A model generated the notes under the pieces. It was not told where the DNA came from. It did not search any database and saw only the letters and a program-made list of their open reading frames with translations. This document shows, piece after piece, positions 39,801 through 53,400 of a stretch of DNA of 59,667 nt. Made by a program: the position numbers and the translations under genes. This DNA comes from Azolla caroliniana (taxonomy: Eukaryota > Plantae > Polypodiophyta), in assembly GCA_043228905.1 (NCBI GenBank), contig JBHGNT010000177.1, positions 1 to 59,667 on the forward strand, given 5' to 3'. Within the stretch, counting starts at the first letter, position 1. Each line of letters begins with the position of its first letter.

Positions 39801-42800
39801 AATTAAAATGTTCATACCTGGCTCGTGTGATATCGGATTTTTGTGTTCAAACATGCGAATCGAAGCTAACAACACTAGCTATAATATAGAATTAGAAAAT
39901 CAAGATTTTGAAACTCAGGTCGAGAGACATGACGAAAATACCAAATTTGAGGAGTGAGTTAAGAAGAGCTATGAGTTAAATTAAAATGTTCATACCTGGC
40001 TCGTGTGATATCGGATTTTTGTGTTCAAACATGCGAATCGAAGCTAACAACACTAGCTATAATATAGAATTAGAAAATCAAGATTTTGAAACTCAGGTCA
40101 AGAGACATGACGAAAATACCAAATTTGAGGAGTGAGTTGAGAGAAGCCCTTGAGTAAATTAAAATGTTCATACCTGGCTCGTGTGATATCGGATTTTTGT
40201 GTTCACACCTGCGAATCGAAGCTAACAATGCTAGCTATGATATAGAATTAGAAAATCAAGATTTTGAAACTCAGGTCGAGAGACATGATGAGATTACCAA
40301 ATTTGAGGAGTGAGTTGAGAGAAGCCCTTGAGTAAATTAAAATGTTCATACCTGGCTCGTGTGATATCGGATTTTTGTGTTCAAACATGCGAATCGAAGC
40401 CAACAATGCTAGCTATGATATGGAATTAAAAAATCAAGATTTTGAAACTCAGGTCGAGAGACATGACGAAAATACCAAATTTGAGGAGTGAGTTAAGAAG
40501 AGCTATGAGTTAAATTAAACTGTTCATACCTGGCTCGTGTGATATCGGATTTTTGTGTTCAAACATGCGAATCGAAGCTAACAATGCTAGCTATGATATG
40601 GAATTAAATAATCAAGATTTTGAAACTCAGGTCGAGAGACATGACGAAATTACCAAATTTGAGGAGTGAGTTGAGAGAAGCCCTTGAGTAAATTAAAATG
40701 TTCATACCTGGCTCGTGTGATATCGGATTTTTGTGTTCAAACATGCGAATCGAAGCTAACAACACTAGCTATAATATAGAATTAGAAAATCAAGATTTTG
40801 AAACTCAGGTCGAGAGACATGACGAAAATACCAAATTTGAGGAGTGAGTTAAGAAGAGCTATGAGTTAAATTAAAATGTTCATACCTGGCTCGTGTGATA
40901 TCGGATTTTTGTGTTCAAACATGCGAATCGAAGCTAACAATGCTAGCTATGATATGGAATTAAATAATCAAGATTTTGAAACTCAGGTCGAGAGACATGA
41001 CGAAATTACCAAATTTGAGGAGTGAGTTGAGAGAAGCCCTTGAGTAAATTAAAATGTTCATACCTGGCTCGTGTGATATCGGATTTTTGTGTTCAAACAT
41101 GCGAATCGAAGCTAACAACGCTAGCTATGATATGGATTTAAAAAATCAAGATTTTGAAACCCAGGTCGCGAGACATGACGAAATTACCAAATTTGAGGAG
41201 TGAGTTGAGAGAAGCCCTTGAGTAAATTAAAATGTTCATACCTGGCTCGTGTGATATCGGATTTTTGTGTTCACACATGCGAATCGAAGCTACCAATGCT
41301 AGCTATGATATGGAGTTAGAAAATCAAGATTTTGAAACTCAGCTCGAGAGACATGACGAAAATACCAAATTTGAGGAGTGAGTTGAGAGAAGCCCTTGAG
41401 TAAATTAAAATGTTCATACCTGGCTCGTGTGATATCGGATTTTTGTGTTCACACCTGCGAATCGAAGCTAACAATGCTAGCTATGATATAGAATTAGAAA
41501 ATCAAGATTTTGAAACTCAGGTCGAGAGACATGATGAGATTACCAAATTTGAGGAGTGAGTTGAGAGAAGCCCTTGAGTAAATTAAAATGTTCATACCTG
41601 GCTCGTGTGATATCGGATTTTTGTGTTCAAACATGCGAATCGAAGCTAACAACGCTAGCTATGATATGGATTTAAAAAATCAAGATTTTGAAACCCAGGT
41701 CGCGAGACATGACGAAATTACCAAATTTGAGGAGTGAGTTGAGAGAAGCCCTTGAGTAAATTAAAATGTTCATACCTGGCTCGTGTGATATCGGATTTTT
41801 GTGTTCAAACATGCGAATCGAAGCTAACAACGCTAGCTATGATATGGAATTAAAAAATCAAGATTTTGAAACTCAGGTCGAGAGACATGACGAAATTACC
41901 AAATTTGAGGAGTGAGTTAAGAAGAGCTATGAGTTAAATTAAAATGTTCATACCTGGCTCGTGTGATATCGGATTTTTGTGTTCAAACATGCGAATCCAA
42001 GCTAACAATGCTAGCTATAATATGGAGTTAAAAAATCAAGATTTTGAAACTCAGGTCGCGAGACATGACGAAATTACCAAATTTGAGGAGTGAGTTGAGA
42101 GAAGCCCTTGAGTAAATTAAAATGTTCATACCTGGCTCGTGTGATATCGGATTTTTGTGTTCAAACATGCGAATCGAAGCTAACAACGCTAGCTATGATA
42201 TGGAATTAGAAAATCAAGATTTTGAAACTCAGGTCGAGAGACATGACGAAATTACCAAATTTGAGGAGTGAGTTAAGAAGAGCTATGAGTTAAATTAAAA
42301 TGTTCATACCTGGCTCGTGTGATATCGGATTTTTGTGTTCAAACATGCGAATCGAAGCTAACAACACTAGCTATGATATAGAATTAGAAAATCAAGATTT
42401 TGAAACTCAGCTCGAGAGACATGACGAAATTACCAAATTTGAGGAGTGAGTTGAGAGAAGCCCTTGAGTAAATTAAAATGTTCATACCTGGCTCGTGTGA
42501 TATCGGATTTTTGTGTTCAAACATGCGAATCGAAGCTAACAACGCTAGCTATGATATGGATTTAAAAAATCAAGATTTTGAAACTCAGGTCGCGAGACAT
42601 GACGAAATTACCAAATTTGAGGAGTGAGTTGAGAGAAGCCCTTGAGTAAATTAAAATGTTCATACCTGGCTCGTGTGATATCGGATTTTTGTGTTCAAAC
42701 ATGCGAATCGAAGCTAACAACGCTAGCTATGATATGGAATTAAAAAATCAAGATTTTGAAACTCAGGTCGAGAGACATGATGAGATTACCAAATTTGAGG

Positions 42801-44429
42801 AGTGAGTTGAGAGAAGCCCTTGAGTAAATTAAAATGTTCATACCTGGCTCGTGTGATATCGGATTTTTGTGTTCAAACATGCGAATCGAAGCTAACAACA
42901 CTAGCTAGAATATAGAATTAGAAAATCAAGATTTTGAAACTCAGGTCGCGAGACATGACGAAAATACCAAATTTGAGGAGTGAGTTAAGAAGAGCTATGA
43001 GTTAAATTAAAATGTTCATACCTGGCTCGTGTGATATCGGATTTTTGTGTTCACACCTGCGAATCGAAGCTAACAATGCTAGCTATGATATGGAGTTAAA
43101 AAATCAAGATTTTGAAACTCAGGTCGCGAGACATGATGAGATTACCAAATTTGAGGAGTGAGTTGAGAGAAGCCCTTGAGTAAATTAAAATGTTCATACC
43201 TGGCTCGTGTGATATCGGATTTTTGTGTTCAAACATGCGAATCGAAGCCAACAATGCTAGCTATGATATGGAATTAAAAAATCAAGATTTTGAAACTCAG
43301 GTCGAGAGACATGACGAAAATACCAAATTTGAGGAGTGAGTTAAGAAGAGCTATGAGTTAAATTAAAATGTTCATACCTGGCTCGTGTGATATCGGATTT
43401 TTGTGTTCAAACATGCGAATCGAAGCTAACAATGCTAGCTATGATATGGAATTAAATAATCAAGATTTTGAAACTCAGGTCGAGAGACATGACGAAATTA
43501 CCAAATTTGAGGAGTGAGTTGAGAGAAGCCCTTGAGTAAATTAAAATGTTCATACCTGGCTCGTGTGATATCGGATTTTTGTGTTCAAACATGCGAATCG
43601 AAGCTAACAACGCTAGCTATGATATGGAATTAGAAAATCAAGATTTTGAAACTCAGGTCGAGAGACATGACGAAATTACCAATTTTGAGGAGTGAGTTAA
43701 GAAGAGCTATGAGTTAAATTAAAATGTTCATACCTGGCTCGTGTGATATCGGATTTTTGTGTTCAAACATGCGAATCGAAGCTAACAATGCTAGCTATGA
43801 TATGGAATTAAATAATCAAGATTTTGAAACTCAGGTCGAGAGACATGACGAAATTACCAAATTTGAGGAGTGAGTTGAGAGAAGCCCTTGAGTAAATTAA
43901 AATGTTCATACCTGGCTCGTGTGATATCGGATTTTTGTGTTCAAACATGCGAATCGAAGTTAACAACACTAGCTATAATATAGAATTAGAAAATCAAGAT
44001 TTTGAAACTCAGGTCGAGAGACATGACGAAATTACCAATTTTGAGGAGTGAGTTAAGAAGAGCTATGAGTTAAATTAAAATGTTCATACCTGGCTCGTGT
44101 GATATCGGATTTTTGTGTTCAAACATGCGAATCCAAGCTAACAATGCTAGCTATGATATGGAGTTAAAAAATCAAGATTTTGAAACCCAGGTCGCGAGAC
44201 ATGACGAAATTACCAAATTTGAGGAGTGAGTTGAGAGAAGCCCTTGAGTAAATTAAAATGTTCATACTTGGCTCGTGTGATATCGGATTTTTGTGTTCAA
44301 ACATGCGAATCGAAGCTAACAACGCTAGCTATGATATGGAATTAAAAAATCAAGATTTTGAAACTCAGGTCAAGAGACATGATGAGATTACCAAATTTGA
44401 GGAGTGAGTTGAGAGAAGCCCTTGAGTAA

Positions 44430-47400
44430 ATTAAAATGTTCATACCTGGCTCGTGTGATATCGGATTTTTGTGTTCAAACATGCGAATCGAAGCTAACAA
44501 CGCTAGCTATGATATGGAATTAAAAAATCAAGATTTTGAAACTCAGGTCGAGAGACCTGATGAGATTACCAAATTTGAGGAGTGAGTTGAGAGAAGCCCT
44601 TGAGTAAATTAAAATGTTCATACCTGGCTCGTGTGATATCGGATTTTTGTGTTCAAACATGCGAATCGAAGCTAACAACACTAGCTATAATATAGAATTA
44701 GAAAATCAAGATTTTGAAACTCAGGTCGAGAGACATGACGAAAATACCAAATTTGAGGAGTGAGTTAAGAAGAGCTATGAGTTAAATTAAAATGTTCATA
44801 CCTGGCTCGTGTGATATCGGATTTTTGTGTTCAAACATGCGAATCCAAGCTAACAATGCTAGCTATGATATGGAGTTAAAAAATCAAGATTTTGAAACTC
44901 AGGTCGCGAGACATGACGAAATTACCAAATTTGAGGAGTGAGTTGAGAGAAGCCCTTGAGTAAATTAAAATGTTCATACTTGGCTCGTGTGATATCGGAT
45001 TTTTGTGTTCAAACATGCGAATCGAAGCTAACAACGCTAGCTATGATATGGAATTAAAAAATCAAGATTTTGAAACTCAGGTCAAGAGACATGATGAGAT
45101 TACCAAATTTGAGGAGTGAGTTGAGAGAAGCCCTTGAGTAAATTAAAATGTTCATACCTGGCTCGTGTGATATCGGATTTTTGTGTTCAAACATGCGAAT
45201 CGAAGCCAACAATGCTAGCTATGATATGGAATTAAAAAATCAAGATTTTGAAACTCAGGTCGCGAGACATGACGAAAATACCAAATTTGAGGAGTGAGTT
45301 GAGAGAAGCCCTTGAGTAAATTAAAATGTTCATACCTGGCTCGTGTGATATCGGATTTTTGTGTTCACACCTGCGAATCGAAGCTAACAATGCTAGCTAT
45401 GATATAGAATTAGAAAATCAAGATTTTGAAACTCAGGTCGAGAGACATGATGAGATTACCAAATTTGAGGAGTGAGTTGAGAGAAGCCCTTGAGTAAATT
45501 AAAATGTTCATACCTGGCTCGTGTGATATCGGATTTTTGTGTTCAAACATGCGAATCGAAGCCAACAATGCTAGCTATGATATGGAATTAAAAAATCAAG
45601 ATTTTGAAACTCAGGTCGAGAGACATGACGAAAATACCAAATTTGAGGAGTGAGTTAAGAAGAGCTATGAGTTAAATTAAACTGTTCATACCTGGCTCGT
45701 GTGATATCGGATTTTTGTGTTCAAACATGCGAATCGAAGCTAACAATGCTAGCTATGATATGGAATTAAATAATCAAGATTTTGAAACTCAGGTCGAGAG
45801 ACATGACGAAATTACCAAATTTGAGGAGTGAGTTGAGAGAAGCCCTTGAGTAAATTAAAATGTTCATACCTGGCTCGTGTGATATCGGATTTTTGTGTTC
45901 AAACATGCGAATCGAAGCTAACAACACTAGCTATAATATAGAATTAGAAAATCAAGATTTTGAAACTCAGGTCGAGAGACATGACGAAAATACCAAATTT
46001 GAGGAGTGAGTTAAGAAGAGCTATGAGTTAAATTAAAATGTTCATACCTGGCTCGTGTGATATCGGATTTTTGTGTTCAAACATGCGAATCCAAGCTAAC
46101 AATGCTAGCTATGATATGGAGTTAAAAAATCAAGATTTTGAAACTCAGGTCGCGAGACATGACGAAATTACCAAATTTGAGGAGTGAGTTGAGAGAAGCC
46201 CTTGAGTAAATTAAAATGTTCATACCTGGCTCGTGTGATATCGGATTTTTGTGTTCAAACATGCGAATCGAAGCTAACAACGCTAGCTATGATATGGAAT
46301 TAAAAAATCAAGATTTTGAAACTCAGGTCAAGAGACATGATGAGATTACCAAATTTGAGGAGTGAGTTGAGAGAAGCCCTTGAGTAAATTAAAATGTTCA
46401 TACCTGGCTCGTGTGATATCGGATTTTTGTGTTCAAACATGCGAATCGAAGCCAACAATGCTAGCTATGATATGGAATTAAAAAATCAAGATTTTGAAAC
46501 TCAGGTCGCGAGACATGACGAAAATACCAAATTTGAGGAGTGAGTTGAGAGAAGCCCTTGAGTAAATTAAAATGTTCATACCTGGCTCGTGTGATATCAG
46601 ATTTTTGTGTTCAAACATGCGAATCGAAGCTAACAACACTAGCTATAATATAGAATTAGAAAATCAAGATTTTGAAACTCAGGTCGAGAGACATGACGAA
46701 AATACCAAATTTGAGGAGTGAGTTAAGAAGAGCTATGAGTTAAATTAAAATGTTCATACCTGGCTCGTGTGATATCGGATTTTTGTGTTCAAACATGCGA
46801 ATCCAAGCTAACAATGCTAGCTATGATACGGAGTTAAAAAATCAAGATTTTGAAACTCAGGTCGCGAGACATGACGAAATTACCAAATTTGAGGAGTGAG
46901 TTGAGAGAAGCCCTTGAGTAAATTAAAATGTTCATACCTGGCTCGTGTGATATCGGATTTTTGTGTTCAAACATGCGAATCGAAGCTAACAACGCTAGCT
47001 ATGATATGGAATTAAAAAATCAAGATTTTGAAACTCAGGTCGAGAGACATGACTAAATTACCAAATTTGAGGAGTGAGTTGAGAAGAGCAATGAGGTAAA
47101 TCAAAATGTTCATACCTGGCTCTTGTGATATCGGATTTTTGTGTTCAAACATGCGAATCGAAGCTAACAACGCTAGCTATGATATGGAATTAAAAAATCA
47201 AGATTTTGAAACTCAGCTCGAGAGACATGACGAAATTACCAAATTTGAGGAGTGAGTTGAGAGAAGCCCTTGAGTAAATTAAAATGTTCATACCTGGCTC
47301 GTGTGATATCGGATTTTTGTGTTCAAACATGCGAATCGAAGCTAACAACGCTAGCTATGATATGGAATTAAAAAATCAAGATTTTGAAACTCAGGTCGAG

Positions 47401-50400
47401 AGACCTGATGAGATTACCAAATTTGAGGAGTGAGTTGAGAGAAGCCCTTGAGTAAATTAAAATGTTCATACCTGGCTCGTGTGATATCGGATTTTTGTGT
47501 TCAAACATGCGAATCGAAGCTAACAACACTAGCTATAATATAGAATTAGAAAATCAAGATTTTGAAACTCAGGTCGAGAGACATGACGAAAATACCAAAT
47601 TTGAGGAGTGAGTTAAGAAGAGCTATGAGTTAAATTAAAATGTTCATACCTGGCTCGTGTGATATCGGATTTTTGTGTTCAAACATGCGAATCCAAGCTA
47701 ACAATGCTAGCTATGATATGGAGTTAAAAAATCAAGATTTTGAAACTCAGGTCGCGAGACATGACGAAATTACCAAATTTGAGGAGTGAGTTGAGAGAAG
47801 CCCTTGAGTAAATTAAAATGTTCATACTTGGCTCGTGTGATATCGGATTTTTGTGTTCAAACATGCGAATCGAAGCTAACAACGCTAGCTATGATATGGA
47901 ATTAAAAAATCAAGATTTTGAAACTCAGGTCAAGAGACATGATGAGATTACCAAATTTGAGGAGTGAGTTGAGAGAAGCCCTTGAGTAAATTAAAATGTT
48001 CATACCTGGCTCGTGTGATATCGGATTTTTGTGTTCAAACATGCGAATCGAAGCCAACAATGCTAGCTATGATATGGAATTAAAAAATCAAGATTTTGAA
48101 ACTCAGGTCGCGAGACATGACGAAAATACCAAATTTGAGGAGTGAGTTGAGAGAAGCCCTTGAGTAAATTAAAATGTTCATACCTGGCTCGTGTGATATC
48201 GGATTTTTGTGTTCACACCTGCGAATCGAAGCTAACAATGCTAGCTATGATATAGAATTAGAAAATCAAGATTTTGAAACTCAGGTCGAGAGACATGATG
48301 AGATTACCAAATTTGAGGAGTGAGTTGAGAGAAGCCCTTGAGTAAATTAAAATGTTCATACCTGGCTCGTGTGATATCGGATTTTTGTGTTCAAACATGC
48401 GAATCGAAGCCAACAATGCTAGCTATGATATGGAATTAAAAAATCAAGATTTTGAAACTCAGGTCGAGAGACATGACGAAAATACCAAATTTGAGGAGTG
48501 AGTTAAGAAGAGCTATGAGTTAAATTAAACTGTTCATACCTGGCTCGTGTGATATCGGATTTTTGTGTTCAAACATGCGAATCGAAGCTAACAATGCTAG
48601 CTATGATATGGAATTAAATAATCAAGATTTTGAAACTCAGGTCGAGAGACATGACGAAATTACCAAATTTGAGGAGTGAGTTGAGAGAAGCCCTTGAGTA
48701 AATTAAAATGTTCATACCTGGCTCGTGTGATATCGGATTTTTGTGTTCAAACATGCGAATCGAAGCTAACAACACTAGCTATAATATAGAATTAGAAAAT
48801 CAAGATTTTGAAACTCAGGTCGAGAGACATGACGAAAATACCAAATTTGAGGAGTGAGTTAAGAAGAGCTATGAGTTAAATTAAAATGTTCATACCTGGC
48901 TCGTGTGATATCGGATTTTTGTGTTCAAACATGCGAATCCAAGCTAACAATGCTAGCTATGATATGGAGTTAAAAAATCAAGATTTTGAAACTCAGGTCG
49001 CGAGACATGACGAAATTACCAAATTTGAGGAGTGAGTTGAGAGAAGCCCTTGAGTAAATTAAAATGTTCATACCTGGCTCGTGTGATATCGGATTTTTGT
49101 GTTCAAACATGCGAATCGAAGCTAACAACGCTAGCTATGATATGGAATTAAAAAATCAAGATTTTGAAACTCAGGTCAAGAGACATGATGAGATTACCAA
49201 ATTTGAGGAGTGAGTTGAGAGAAGCCCTTGAGTAAATTAAAATGTTCATACCTGGCTCGTGTGATATCGGATTTTTGTGTTCAAACATGCGAATCGAAGC
49301 CAACAATGCTAGCTATGATATGGAATTAAAAAATCAAGATTTTGAAACTCAGGTCGCGAGACATGACGAAAATACCAAATTTGAGGAGTGAGTTGAGAGA
49401 AGCCCTTGAGTAAATTAAAATGTTCATACCTGGCTCGTGTGATATCAGATTTTTGTGTTCAAACATGCGAATCGAAGCTAACAACACTAGCTATAATATA
49501 GAATTAGAAAATCAAGATTTTGAAACTCAGGTCGAGAGACATGACGAAAATACCAAATTTGAGGAGTGAGTTAAGAAGAGCTATGAGTTAAATTAAAATG
49601 TTCATACCTGGCTCGTGTGATATCGGATTTTTGTGTTCAAACATGCGAATCCAAGCTAACAATGCTAGCTATGATACGGAGTTAAAAAATCAAGATTTTG
49701 AAACTCAGGTCGCGAGACATGACGAAATTACCAAATTTGAGGAGTGAGTTGAGAGAAGCCCTTGAGTAAATTAAAATGTTCATACCTGGCTCGTGTGATA
49801 TCGGATTTTTGTGTTCAAACATGCGAATCGAAGCTAACAACGCTAGCTATGATATGGAATTAAAAAATCAAGATTTTGAAACTCAGGTCGAGAGACATGA
49901 CTAAATTACCAAATTTGAGGAGTGAGTTGAGAAGAGCAATGAGGTAAATCAAAATGTTCATACCTGGCTCTTGTGATATCGGATTTTTGTGTTCAAACAT
50001 GCGAATCGAAGCTAACAACGCTAGCTATGATATGGAATTAAAAAATCAAGATTTTGAAACTCAGCTCGAGAGACATGACGAAATTACCAAATTTGAGGAG
50101 TGAGTTGAGAGAAGCCCTTGAGTAAATTAAAATGTTCATACCTGGCTCGTGTGATATCGGATTTTTGTGTTCAAACATGCGAATCGAAGCTAACAACGCT
50201 AGCTATGATATGGAATTAAAAAATCAAGATTTTGAAACTCAGGTCGAGAGACCTGATGAGATTACCAAATTTGAGGAGTGAGTTGAGAGAAGCCCTTGAG
50301 TAAATTAAAATGTTCATACCTGGCTCGTGTGATATCGGATTTTTGTGTTCAAACATGCGAATCGAAGCTAACAACACTAGCTATAATATAGAATTAGAAA

Positions 50401-53400
50401 ATCAAGATTTTGAAACTCAGGTCGAGAGACATGACGAAAATACCAAATTTGAGGAGTGAGTTAAGAAGAGCTATGAGTTAAATTAAAATGTTCATACCTG
50501 GCTCGTGTGATATCGGATTTTTGTGTTCAAACATGCGAATCCAAGCTAACAATGCTAGCTATGATATGGAGTTAAAAAATCAAGATTTTGAAACTCAGGT
50601 CGCGAGACATGACGAAATTACCAAATTTGAGGAGTGAGTTGAGAGAAGCCCTTGAGTAAATTAAAATGTTCATACTTGGCTCGTGTGATATCGGATTTTT
50701 GTGTTCAAACATGCGAATCGAAGCTAACAACGCTAGCTATGATATGGAATTAAAAAATCAAGATTTTGAAACTCAGGTCAAGAGACATGATGAGATTACC
50801 AAATTTGAGGAGTGAGTTGAGAGAAGCCCTTGAGTAAATTAAAATGTTCATACCTGGCTCGTGTGATATCGGATTTTTGTGTTCAAACATGCGAATCGAA
50901 GCCAACAATGCTAGCTATGATATGGAATTAAAAAATCAAGATTTTGAAACTCAGGTCGCGAGACATGACGAAAATACCAAATTTGAGGAGTGAGTTGAGA
51001 GAAGCCCTTGAGTAAATTAAAATGTTCATACCTGGCTCGTGTGATATCGGATTTTTGTGTTCACACCTGCGAATCGAAGCTAACAATGCTAGCTATGATA
51101 TAGAATTAGAAAATCAAGATTTTGAAACTCAGGTCGAGAGACATGATGAGATTACCAAATTTGAGGAGTGAGTTGAGAGAAGCCCTTGAGTAAATTAAAA
51201 TGTTCATACCTGGCTCGTGTGATATCGGATTTTTGTGTTCAAACATGCGAATCGAAGCCAACAATGCTAGCTATGATATGGAATTAAAAAATCAAGATTT
51301 TGAAACTCAGGTCGAGAGACATGACGAAAATACCAAATTTGAGGAGTGAGTTAAGAAGAGCTATGAGTTAAATTAAACTGTTCATACCTGGCTCGTGTGA
51401 TATCGGATTTTTGTGTTCAAACATGCGAATCGAAGCTAACAATGCTAGCTATGATATGGAATTAAATAATCAAGATTTTGAAACTCAGGTCGAGAGACAT
51501 GACGAAATTACCAAATTTGAGGAGTGAGTTGAGAGAAGCCCTTGAGTAAATTAAAATGTTCATACCTGGCTCGTGTGATATCGGATTTTTGTGTTCAAAC
51601 ATGCGAATCGAAGCTAACAACACTAGCTATAATATAGAATTAGAAAATCAAGATTTTGAAACTCAGGTCGAGAGACATGACGAAAATACCAAATTTGAGG
51701 AGTGAGTTAAGAAGAGCTATGAGTTAAATTAAAATGTTCATACCTGGCTCGTGTGATATCGGATTTTTGTGTTCAAACATGCGAATCCAAGCTAACAATG
51801 CTAGCTATGATATGGAGTTAAAAAATCAAGATTTTGAAACTCAGGTCGCGAGACATGACGAAATTACCAAATTTGAGGAGTGAGTTGAGAGAAGCCCTTG
51901 AGTAAATTAAAATGTTCATACCTGGCTCGTGTGATATCGGATTTTTGTGTTCAAACATGCGAATCGAAGCTAACAACGCTAGCTATGATATGGAATTAAA
52001 AAATCAAGATTTTGAAACTCAGGTCAAGAGACATGATGAGATTACCAAATTTGAGGAGTGAGTTGAGAGAAGCCCTTGAGTAAATTAAAATGTTCATACC
52101 TGGCTCGTGTGATATCGGATTTTTGTGTTCAAACATGCGAATCGAAGCCAACAATGCTAGCTATGATATGGAATTAAAAAATCAAGATTTTGAAACTCAG
52201 GTCGCGAGACATGACGAAAATACCAAATTTGAGGAGTGAGTTGAGAGAAGCCCTTGAGTAAATTAAAATGTTCATACCTGGCTCGTGTGATATCAGATTT
52301 TTGTGTTCAAACATGCGAATCGAAGCTAACAACACTAGCTATAATATAGAATTAGAAAATCAAGATTTTGAAACTCAGGTCGAGAGACATGACGAAAATA
52401 CCAAATTTGAGGAGTGAGTTAAGAAGAGCTATGAGTTAAATTAAAATGTTCATACCTGGCTCGTGTGATATCGGATTTTTGTGTTCAAACATGCGAATCC
52501 AAGCTAACAATGCTAGCTATGATATGGAGTTAAAAAATCAAGATTTTGAAACTCAGGTCGCGAGACATGACGAAATTACCAAATTTGAGGAGTGAGTTGA
52601 GAGAAGCCCTTGAGTAAATTAAAATGTTCATACTTGGCTCGTGTGATATCGGATTTTTGTGTTCAAACATGCGAATCGAAGCTAACAACGCTAGCTATGA
52701 TATGGAATTAAAAAATCAAGATTTTGAAACTCAGGTCAAGAGACATGATGAGATTACCAAATTTGAGGAGTGAGTTGAGAGAAGCCCTTGAGTAAATTAA
52801 AATGTTCATACCTGGCTCGTGTGATATCGGATTTTTGTGTTCAAACATGCGAATCGAAGCCAACAATGCTAGCTATGATATGGAATTAAAAAATCAAGAT
52901 TTTGAAACTCAGGTCGCGAGACATGACGAAAATACCAAATTTGAGGAGTGAGTTGAGAGAAGCCCTTGAGTAAATTAAAATGTTCATACCTGGCTCGTGT
53001 GATATCGGATTTTTGTGTTCACACCTGCGAATCGAAGCTAACAATGCTAGCTATGATATAGAATTAGAAAATCAAGATTTTGAAACTCAGGTCGAGAGAC
53101 ATGATGAGATTACCAAATTTGAGGAGTGAGTTGAGAGAAGCCCTTGAGTAAATTAAAATGTTCATACCTGGCTCGTGTGATATCGGATTTTTGTGTTCAA
53201 ACATGCGAATCGAAGCCAACAATGCTAGCTATGATATGGAATTAAAAAATCAAGATTTTGAAACTCAGGTCGAGAGACATGACGAAAATACCAAATTTGA
53301 GGAGTGAGTTAAGAAGAGCTATGAGTTAAATTAAACTGTTCATACCTGGCTCGTGTGATATCGGATTTTTGTGTTCAAACATGCGAATCGAAGCTAACAA

